From contig NMRA01000178.1 of the NCBI GenBank assembly GCA_002633005.1, positions 534,062 to 598,061 of the forward strand: a stretch of 64,000 nt of DNA. Direction: 5' to 3'. The notes under the pieces are model-generated. The model was not told the DNA's origin. It did no database searches and worked only from the letters and a program-made list of their open reading frames with translations. The position numbers and the translations under genes are program-made. This DNA is from Phoronis australis. Its lineage: Eukaryota; Animalia; Phoronida. Below, piece after piece: positions 1-9,290 of the stretch (the stretch's first letter is position 1; each line of letters starts with the position of its first letter).

Positions 1-131
1 GTTGCAAAACGTTCTTGGAGAACAGAGCAATGCGTACTGTTGGACAGTCCTTCATCGCCCGCCATTAATTGACAATTCTCGAATGTCTGATAAACTCAAG
101 TTTCACGAAACTACAACGTGAGAAACAGAAC

Positions 132-2178
132 ATGGCGGAGGTGGCCCAGTTGGTCAATTCATGGGTTTCAGTGGGTAACAAAAATTCCTATAAGTTAACT
201 GGAAATAATAACACCAGCAACAAACACGGAAGAAACCAACGAGGTCCAGGCATAACTATGATACGAAACCCAGCCTACGTTTGGGCTGATGCAAGCTTGA
301 ATACTTATTGTACCAGTGCTCCGGCGGCACACAGTGACATCTTGAAGACATTAGAAAAAAGGGTCCCAACATGGAAACACAGAGGAACTGAAAAGGATAG
401 AGAAAGAAAGGCACAGAGTGTGATATCTAGAATGTACAATTTAAACGATATCCGCGATCCTGCTTACGTTCCAATGTTCAATTCAAATTCTTTGCCTATG
501 CCGATGTCTGCTAATAACTCCTCTGAGCAATCCATGATTACGCTAAGTGATAACTTTGTTAGAAAACAGAAGAAAAGATATGAAAAGCGAAACTACAGCA
601 GCAGAAATAGTCGAATTGGACGAGGCATCCTGAAAGCCAAAGGAAGCGGTGGCTCAGGGAAACGGATTAAACTTCTAATTGATGACTCTGACACGCGAGA
701 CAGCAGCAAAGATCCAGGGAGAGACGACTCGTCCACCGACGCGTCCGGATATCATCGACAGGCTACACAAAAGAAGAAGAAAAAGAAGGCACCAAAACAA
801 GTACAACTTGGAGACGACGACAACGAAAAAACTACTAATAAAAAGAAGAAAAAGAAGAAACGTCCGCCGGGAGTCGAAGATGAAAGAATGGGAAATAAAA
901 GACATTCCCCAGATCACCCAACTGATCCTAAAAGAAAAAGAAAGGGTGGGAAGAAAAAAGGAAAAGGAAAATCGCCTTCTTCTGAGGATAATATAGGGCG
1001 TAAAGGAGGGAAGCCTAAAGGGTCCAAGAGAAAAAGAACGTCTTCCGAAGACAGTGCAAGCAATAAGCCTAAGGAAAAGATGCAACATGGCCGTAAAAAA
1101 GGAAAAACGACATCTGGTGACGGAGGGGACAAACGGCGTGACCGCAAAAAAGGAAGAACATCGTCTGACTACAGTGCAGATAGCACAGGGAGCAAACATC
1201 GTGGCCACAAAAGGGGAAGAACAAAGTCTGATGACAGCGCAGACAGCAGAGGGAGGACACATCGTGGCCACAAAAAACGAAAGTCATCGTCTGATGACAG
1301 CGCAGATAGTAGAGGAGAGAAACGGGGTGGCCACAAAAAAGAAAAGACGTCATCTGGCGACAAGGCAGGAAGCAAGGGAAAGAAACGTCATGAGGTCAAA
1401 AAACGAAAGACTTCCTCTGAGGAAAGTGCAGGCAGCGAACGGGGAAAGAAAAGAAAGAGAAGCATTAAAGAAATAGAAGGTAGCCATGATAGAAAGCGTT
1501 CACAAAGATCGGTCTTAAGTAAATTAAAGGGTAAGAAAACTATTAAAGGAAGAGCGAAGAAGGGACCTGATAAAGGGTCTTCACGAGACAGTGGAATCCG
1601 TAAACATGGAAGCAGAGGGTCATTGAAAGGAGGTCCAGGTGGTAAAGCGAGGGGCAGAGGTAAAGGAAGTCAACAGAGTTTACATGGGCGAGGAAGAGGA
1701 ATGACTGAAGGAGTTGGTCGAGGAAGAGGACGAGGCCGGGGAAGAGGGCGGAAAGGGCTTAGGCAGGGGGATGAAGAAGAGGCTACCCAGAAAATAGGCA
1801 CCGGAAGGCGACTACACGATCTTTATAATATTGGGAAAGGGTTTGTTGGTGATCTACTAAACGTATGGCGACGGGTTGCTTCCTATGAAGGAGAGGGGAG
1901 GAAGAGAGATCCGTCTCATATTCCCAAGTTTGTGAGCAATCGTCCAGGCAAGACCTACCGATCAGGTCGTCATTACACTGTTCCACGAAGTACGAAGGAA
2001 GGCTTTGAAAGTCGGGCTGGCACAGAAACTGAAGATCGGCAACACGAAAGAGGAAAAGGGAATTATGATAGCGAGAGTGATAGTGGTGTGAACTACGAGG
2101 ACGAACTGAAAAACTTGGAGGGGCGATTGGAAGAACTTATCGACGTCGTCAACGCCCAGGGTAGACCAACTCGTGATG
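132..2178 (+). CDS. Exon 1 of the basic low-complexity protein
   Basis: 2-kb open frame (ORF 69-2207) ending at a GTAAGG donor. Confidence 0.85.
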
Positions 2179-5100
2179 GTAAGGGAATATGGTTTTACAT
2201 AACATAATACGTTGCGTACATGGTAACCTGGTATCCTCGATCGACAATATGTCCACTATTTTAACAAGCTTACGAATTTTCTAATGGTTATCTGTCAGTC
2301 AGAAGCATACTTTCGAAGAACTCAGAAATAGTACAGAATTTTCAAGGAAGCACTATGTAAAGTGAAGATGTGTTGAAAATGGATACCTTTCAAAGGGACA
2401 GCAATTGATGGTTTTTGCATAACCAGTTTGTTCTTTTAGAGACATTTTCTGTTTTAATTACTGTATTTGAGTGTAAACAGTCCGGAAAATAGTCGTATGT
2501 TTGCATTCACTTGCACTAAGCACATGCAAGTGGCCTGCAGAGGTCGTGTTCGTCAGTGGACGTATCAGAACAGTTTGTTACCGCCGCGGTGAAGGTGAAT
2601 GTGGAACCAAGGTTCTGGCCTTTTATTGGGCCATTTGCGTCACTTTTAGGTGTTCCGTGGACATTACATATTGTCAAGGGAACAGTAATCAACACGCAAA
2701 ATGAATTTCAAGATAACTAAATGTAACGTCAAACGGTTGCTTTGCCCTTAATCGTAATGTCAGCGAACAACGTGATCACTTTTTCCGTACGGGAATTCTG
2801 CAACCTAACCTGAAAAATTCGTGAGACTAGAAATACATGTAGGCCCCTATGCATCTACAAATGATCACGACTGAGATACAGTTGATTACTTGCTTACTTG
2901 GTTAAATGTTTTGAAAGCATCCACTGTGTGTTTTTTTTTTGGTTGACAGGCGAAGCAGAAGACGCTGACAAATCGGTGCCAAAGGCGAAAGAGATGCCAA
3001 CAACTGGAATAACGCAAGTATTTAACATGGGTAAGTTCTTGAGGGTTCAAAGTTCACAAGCCTGCATGACTGCAGCACTTGAAGGAAAGTGACGTATGAG
3101 TGAGGTACCACTCAAACCATGCTCATGTCATGTCCGATATCACTGCTTTTCCCAACAAATGATGCTATATTCAAGGGATATAATAGGCTAGAGGGGTGAC
3201 TTTCGGTAAAATTGGCCTCGCCGCGAAATCGAACTTGCTACCTCTGCGGTCGCAGCCGTTCTGTCGGAGGCGTTACTGAAATCCCACTTTAAAATGGCGG
3301 AACATTTTAGGCGTACTCAGTTAACTGGTAACACCACCGGCCTTGTAATCAGGATAGGCAACAGTGAGAATTGGCGATGTGGCTGAGGCTGATATCAGAA
3401 AAAAAATTACTTTTCTCGCCGATACAATATCCCTTTAACATTCCCTTCCGGCTTCGACCTGCAAGACTCATTGCCCGCATACTAAGTTCACCTGGCCTTG
3501 CAACAGAACAGCTGATGTGGTCGCCCCCTCGATTTCGCTGGTTAATTTTGGCTGGCAGCCTTTGATAGGAATCGACGATTTGTAAGTAAAATCACGTAAA
3601 CACTGGCAGCAAATCTTGCTATTTCGTAGCTCTAAGGGTAGAAGATAAATAACTTCAAGAAGATAACCCACCCCAAAGGTTGATCCAAGGGGGTCAAGGG
3701 TGTCTGGACTCCGTCCCTTTTTCCTTTGATTTTAGTGATATCAAATCTAGAATTTTCAAATAATTGACTTGGACCCCTTTTTAAAAAAATCCTTGATCCG
3801 ACTCCCCACCTTTTAAAACATACTGAATCTGCTCCTGCACCCCAAACCCAAAATGTCCGTTTTTGGACTAAGTTGAAGTTGAGTGCACTCTCCAAACTTG
3901 TAAGTCAGCGTAATGGATAGATACAGCACCGGCAAAGGTGACTTCCGGACCTAGGCTTTGTCGGTTCTGTGTAGGTAGAAACATGACGTTCACAGTCTCC
4001 CAGGTTCCGCCAAGCAGCTCCATATTTAGAAACTATTGTTTTTGGTTCATATTCTGGGGTGGAATCATTTGCTTGCTTTATTAATATGACGAGTTAGCGT
4101 TCCTAAGGAAAAGATATTATGGAGTGCATTGCGTTTGCTACTACTGGGGAGGGTTTGCCGCCGGCTGCTGAACTCCAGCAGCAAACAAATATCAAACTGT
4201 GGTATAACTTCCAGGTGACGAAAATTAAGCGCCGTACCTAGTGTCAGTGGCGGATTTAGGGGGGGGGGCAGGAGGCCATGGTACCCTCTAAAATATCCCA
4301 GATTCCATTTGGCAGTTCGGGGTGCTAATGCCTGAGGGTAAAAATACTGGCTAAAAGTCTGCCCTGCCCCCCCTAACTTAAAATCCTGGATCCGCCCTTG
4401 GGTGTCCTCTCCTACCTGGGATCAAACCCTAGTCTTTAGACTCAAGTCTCAGAGTCCGGTTAGCCGGAAGCTCTGTATAGAAATCGAGACGCTGGAGTTT
4501 GTTCTCCGCGTATTGAGTTCGGTGTGCGTATGTGTATTGCATAGTTGATTGAGTACGAGTCAGGGAAATGTACGGTGCGAAATTTGATGGTTGCTGGTTC
4601 GGATTGCATGGGCCCGCAGCTTCGTGAAAGTGAATTAGATTATCGGTCATGAGTACGCTGTTTGCCGCCTCTTTTACCGGCCCGTTCACCTCTATCTCAT
4701 AAATTACCTTTCTAGGTTAAGATTCTCTTGTTGCTAACAAGAATATCGAAATTATCAGTGACTTAGTGAAGGAGATGTTCTAGAGTTTCTTGAGATTGAC
4801 CAACCCGGCGTACATGAAAAGAATCCTACGTTACAGCCAAACCAGTCAAGATTGGGCAACTCGACTGGTTTGCGCACCACAGAATTTGCCGGTTTGGATC
4901 AAAGATACCATGCTGTGGTTAATTAAATCGCCTCGGGCTGTTGATGTTATTGTTAATGAGACCCCTCAAATGCCCATCAGGGGCGTCAATATTATTTGTA
5001 ATTTTTTTAACTATATTTGAATAGTTTGTGAAAAGTACGCGTGATTAGGTTTTTGAATTTTGAAAATTGGACAAGAAATGTGACTTTTACAACCTAAAAC

Positions 5101-5712
5101 GTTTCTTTAAGGTTGTTCCTCTTTAATTCTGATGGGTATATTGGGCCAATAAGCCAAGTGTCATAGTACAATTCTTGGCCTGAAAAATGTAAATTCGAAA
5201 ATGGTGCATATACGCATTGCCTGTGACCAATACAAGAGTCCTACATGGTAAAGGATATTGAGACCGATTTTGCGAGAGTGAAACGCTTTTCGGTGTTTAG
5301 CCAGCTAAACAAGGAGAAACTCAATTTTTAATGATATTTTCATTACTTTATGCGAAATAGGCCGACGTCATGCTAACGCTGTTTAATACGTTTTAAAACT
5401 CTAGGTAACGCACCTGCAGTCGTAAATGATGGAAAGAGCACCACTGCAATGACATCGAAACACCTTGACAAAAGTCCTTTGGATGTAGTGAAGTTATCTG
5501 GAACTGGCGCTAACCCCAAAGTTTACGAAATCCCCCCACCACCGATTTACCAATACCCGCAGTGCTATTACCAACAGGGGACGCTAGCCTGGCAAAACTA
5601 TCTGTCCGACCAGTGCAACCAGCAAATCATTGGATCCATTGACAGAGCTGCTTGTCTGGCCGCCCTCGCTGGACCAGCATGCCGATGCAAACGCGGGCGT
5701 TGTTCTTGTTGA
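132..5712 (+). CDS. Uncharacterised highly basic, low-complexity K/R/G/S-rich protein (~811 aa, 3 exons) with 21-aa repeats, an RG tract and a Cys-rich C-terminus
   Basis: Exons 132-2178, 2950-3030, 5405-5712. ATG in aacATGG context after an in-frame TAA at 66-68. Donors GATG|gtaagg (2179) and ATGG|gtaagt (3031); acceptors tttttggttgacag| and aactctag|. Both junctions are phase 1 and the total is 2436 nt in frame. Ends ...ACRCKRGRCSC-TGA-TGA; AATAAA at 6103. Confidence 0.8.
1020..1470 (+). repeat. 63-bp (21-aa) coding tandem repeat, ~5 clear copies plus degenerate ones
   Basis: gtggccacaa recurs at 1201, 1264 and 1327; unit approximately KKxxTSSDDSADSxGxxxRGH. Confidence 0.85.
2950..3030 (+). 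CDS. Exon 2 of the basic protein (GEAEDADKSVPKAKEMPTTGITQVFNM)
   Basis: 81 nt, phase 1-1, poly-T acceptor and GTAAGT donor. Confidence 0.75.
3173..3438. mobile_element. Degenerate MITE, Kolobok-like
   Basis: Imperfect TIRs AAGGGATATAATAGGCTAGAG / TCTCGCCGATACAATATCCCTT, with ttaa at the right end and tcaa at the left. Confidence 0.45.
4245..4400. mobile_element. Non-autonomous hAT-like MITE with 5-bp TSD (hAT5-like)
   Basis: TIRs CAGTGGCGGATTTAG / CTGGATCCGCCCTTG; flanks agtgt/ggtgt; shares internal cccagattccatttggcagttcggggt with the 6697 copy. Confidence 0.75.
5405..5712 (+). CDS. Terminal exon 3 of the basic protein (Pro/Tyr/Gln-rich, then Cys-rich)
   Basis: Phase-1 acceptor in frame with ORF 5449-5712. 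Confidence 0.7.
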
Positions 5713-6696
5713 TGACGGCTTAGGCCATCATTTGTTCGGTTTGTGTGCTATACAAGTTTTGAAGGAAAAAGACAATTAACCATAATGGAAGCCATTACTC
5801 ACTTCATGTCGACAAAGTCGTCGGATCCCAATGAAAATTTCTTCTCAAGGACTGTATCAGTGCCATACGAAGAATGGAAGCATCTTTTGTGTAGACAATG
5901 CCAAGGTCTTCCAACACACTAAAATGTTATGCCAGCTTATTAGGCGAGAACAATCCTTGAAGGCGAACATAAATGAGACAGTAAAAATCCGAGTTTCACT
6001 TCGACCGCGTGCTCTAAAGTTAAAATTTTACTGACCAACAGGTTACCGCTACTTATTTCCGCCCCCTCCCACCACAAAAATCGCGCGGGTCCACTCCTGT
6101 TGAATAAATTAGGCGGTAGCAGTTGCGTAAAAACAGGTCTCTCAACAAATATGGAATGAAGAGGCTGGACTAAAAGCCAGTTGCATTATATACGCCCGCA
6201 AATAATTTCAACCTTTTCATTACTGTTCGTCGAATCTATGCCTTGGAGACTCGATTCAGTCACAGGGCTCGATCTAACCTTGAGTAGGCTTACTAATCGA
6301 CATTTTGTACAAGAACGCAGCGTATCTCGCAGGTTTTCGAAGTTCGCCTTGAAGAAACATTGCGGCTATCATACCTGCTGCATATTGCTGTTACTCTTTC
6401 ACATAGTACATTTTGCACTGAATTCTGTTTCCACCAGACGGACGAGTGTCAATCACCTACGAGAGCTTTGCATTTTTCTCATTTACGTACCACATGAGAC
6501 ACAAAGCAACACCAGCGTAGTAATACGGAGACAATGAGATTACAGATTTGCCGTTGCACGGCGGACATGAATGAACCTGCATTGTGGTGGCGGACCAAGC
6601 TATGCCTTTAATTGTTGGGAGGGCCAGCCTTCGTTGCTAAGTTACTCGCCGGAAGCCCATTTGTGTGACCAATCACGAGTTGGAAGAGATCGTAGC

Positions 6697-6845
6697 CAGA
6701 GGCGGATTTAGAGGGGGGCCATGCCCCCCAAAAAGTCTCCCAGATTCCATTTGGCAGTTCGGGGTAGCGAATGTCTGACGGGCAAAATCCTGGCTAATAT
6801 TCTGCCCTTCCCCCTCCCCATCTCAAAATCCTGGATCCGCCCCTG
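6697..6845. mobile_element. Non-autonomous hAT-like MITE with 5-bp TSD (same family as 4245)
   Basis: TIRs CAGAGGCGGATTTAG / CTGGATCCGCCCCTG; flanks gtagc/ggagc. Confidence 0.75.
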
Positions 6846-7395
6846 GGAGCTATCTAGTCTCATGGCACCAGTGTAGGCTCTTGGAACTGCTAAGTATGTT
6901 GTGGAAATTAACATTTCGTCAGTCCGCTCAAAAATAGACGATTAAGGGTAGCTATCAAAAGCAGAAATGGTAGCTTGGAATTATTTTGGGTGTCCGACTT
7001 TACAAGATACTGTCACGCTTTGTTCGTATGAAAATAGAAAAGAGGAACAACTGTTGAGGAAATCTCACCGGATTCAAGTAAAATAATGCGCTCGTGTTGG
7101 CTTACCAAGCAAATGTTAGTGTAGGCCCAAAATTCCTGCATCACGCCACGGATCTCCAGTAGTTTACGGGCAGGTTACGCGTCAGATCATTGGCATAATC
7201 TCAATAATGACCTAACCTATACACCGGTTGTTCATCATGCTTTTATGTAGATATACAATATCTTGACAAAATTGCAACGAAATCTTCCCAGCATCCCAAG
7301 TTTATTAAATTTCCTTTAAAAATCTGCTTTCACCCGTGTTCCCGAGTGAGATCAGTGACAGATTAAAAACAACCCATCACAGGTAGTAGTATACA

Positions 7396-7401
7396 TTTAT
7401 T
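7396..7401 (-). terminator. Candidate polyadenylation signal of the TNFR gene
   Basis: AATAAA on the minus strand (tttatt) ~1.75 kb beyond the stop; a second one at 7301-7306. Confidence 0.4.
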
Positions 7402-7666
7402 GTCAACACATGAGTAAGAAATAAATATAAAGCAATGGCAAGCATATTTTACAGAGCTAACCTCTACATACGTCTGATGCATACATGTCGCTGGCCATAC
7501 ATGCACACGGTGATTAAAACAACTTAAAATTGATTGTACAATATCTCTGGGCTAAAACACATAGAGACTAGAGATGGCCTATTACACTTAAACATTGAGC
7601 AGAAGGCATGCAATTTAGCAACACAACCATTAATAGAGTGTGTTCATTACACACAATTAAGACATC

Positions 7667-7903
7667 CGGGGCTTGGAATGACCAATGACAAAAAGAGGAC
7701 CATTTTCCAGCCGATGTACCATTCCACAATCGAATAGGCTTGTGAGATATAAGTATTTTTTGTGTTGTAAAATTCAACTGAAATAAATGTTTTGCATGAT
7801 TAAAGTAAAAAGAGACGAAAAAGAGGAAACTGGAAATCAAATAAGAGGATATCGAAACCAAAAAAGAGGAAATCCTCTTAAAAGAGGAAAATTCCAAGCC
7901 CTG
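7667..7903. mobile_element. hAT-like MITE with 6-bp TSD (hAT6-like) in the putative TNFR 3' UTR
   Basis: TIRs CGGGGCTTGGAAT / ATTCCAAGCCCTG; flanks gacatc/gacacc; homologous to the 22726, 23718 and 37037 copies. Confidence 0.75.
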
Positions 7904-8145
7904 GACACCACAAGACACATTCACTGATTTTGAGTGATAGTGTCCGTACTTGTCATTACTTTCTGCGCAAAAGACTTTTATCCACATGAAGGGAAATTCA
8001 TGCAGGTTTTAAACCCAAGTCACATGATTCCGGCACTATAGAATTTAACTTCAGAAGTGTGAGATTCACAAGTATCATTAAACCAAAAAAAATATCTAAC
8101 AGGAATGTTTAAACTAGAACCTCTTCAGTTTTCATGTCAGTGCAT

Positions 8146-8545
8146 ATGCCGTCCACAAACAGATTTACCCTAGAACAAGTTACTCTAGGAACGAGTTGTC
8201 GCTAGGTTTGAAGGCTGTGTGGAGGCTATTTAAACTAGTACAACTTACCCCACTTGTGACAACTCACTCCACCTTATTGACGTAGGGCAACTTTATCTAG
8301 GGTAATTGCGCCACTTTTAATTCATGTGTGGCCACAAACTTGGGCAAGGCGGAAGTAATTGTCCACAGTGGTTACATACAGCCCGTTCTTTTGTGAGCCG
8401 TATTCCCCTTAGCTGTTCCTTGTCACGCACAGAGCCATAACTTCCACCTTATCCTAGTGATTGGGATAGGTGTGTGTGGACCCTCTATTTAAAAGTGAGG
8501 TAAGTTGCACTAGTGCAAGTTATTCTAGGGTAGGACGGGAATTTC
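8146..8545. mobile_element. PIF/Harbinger-like MITE, degenerate copy
   Basis: Colinear similarity with 58765-59170 (tagaacaagttact..., ataacttcc..., gtgtgtgtgga..., aagttgcac...ttctagggtagg); inverted ends ttaccctagaacaa / ttattctagggtag. Confidence 0.65.
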
Positions 8546-9143
8546 CTCAGAGAACTCAATTCAGAGCCCAAGGTAACCTACTGTGGAAGAAAAACCTAAA
8601 CAAACAACGAATGCTTGAAAGAACCTTTCTAGCAATAGTTTGCAACTCTTACACACAGTTCACAGTTATGAATCAACAATACCTTATGATGATGTGAATA
8701 TTTACAAATGACAGTACTATAAACAAAAATGCCAAAATAAATAAAAAAACATTGCCCACACATCAGTCACATGTTAAGAAGAAAACTATTATTGTTTCAA
8801 CGATGGTACTTAAAAACCATACTAAACATGATTTGGGTTATAGTAAACATGACTTTGTCAAAGCAATATAACCACCTCAAGGTTTGGCAGTGAGCAAGCA
8901 AAAATTAATATCAGTGCAAATATCGCCATTTTTATGCTTAAATGAAAAGTAAAGAGAATGTAGTATAAGAAACAAATAACTTAAAACTAAGTTAAATAAT
9001 AAACTTAAACAAGAACACATACATATCCGAATGTACAATAGTCAATTAACTTTATCGATAGCAGTGTCCTGTTTTCAACAAAAACATCTGGCACAAGAAT
9101 TCAGCTGACTGCAACGCCCTCTCCAGGCAGCCACTGACATTCA

Positions 9144-9290
9144 TCAACAATTATGAGCTTTGGCTTTAGGTGGCGTGCTAAGGACTAGCCTCTCCACAAG
9201 GGTCACCTTCTCTGCTTTCTGCAGGGCCACAGTGACTGCATCCAACACGTTGAAGTGATATGGGTTCTTTCCTCGCCAGTTGCAAAATCC
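9144..9290 (-). CDS. TNFR exon 9 (death domain, C-terminal half, stop)
   Basis: GFCNWRGKNPYHFNVLDAVTVALQKAEKVTLVERL...HNC-TGA. Confidence 0.85.
   Translation of the reverse strand, partial: GFCNWRGKNPYHFNVLDAVTVALQKAEKVTLVERLVLSTPPKAKAHNC

Noticed and set aside
69-131. TTG-initiated N-terminal extension in the ORF track
   Set aside because: Eukaryotic gene; the first ATG with good Kozak context is at 132
675-1476. Overlapping ORFs on both strands within the basic-protein exon
   Set aside because: Shadow frames of a purine-rich repetitive CDS; no independent evidence
3310-3355. tRNA-like text ctcagttaactggtaacaccaccggccttgtaatcagg
   Set aside because: No T-arm/B box or acceptor stem; lies inside a MITE
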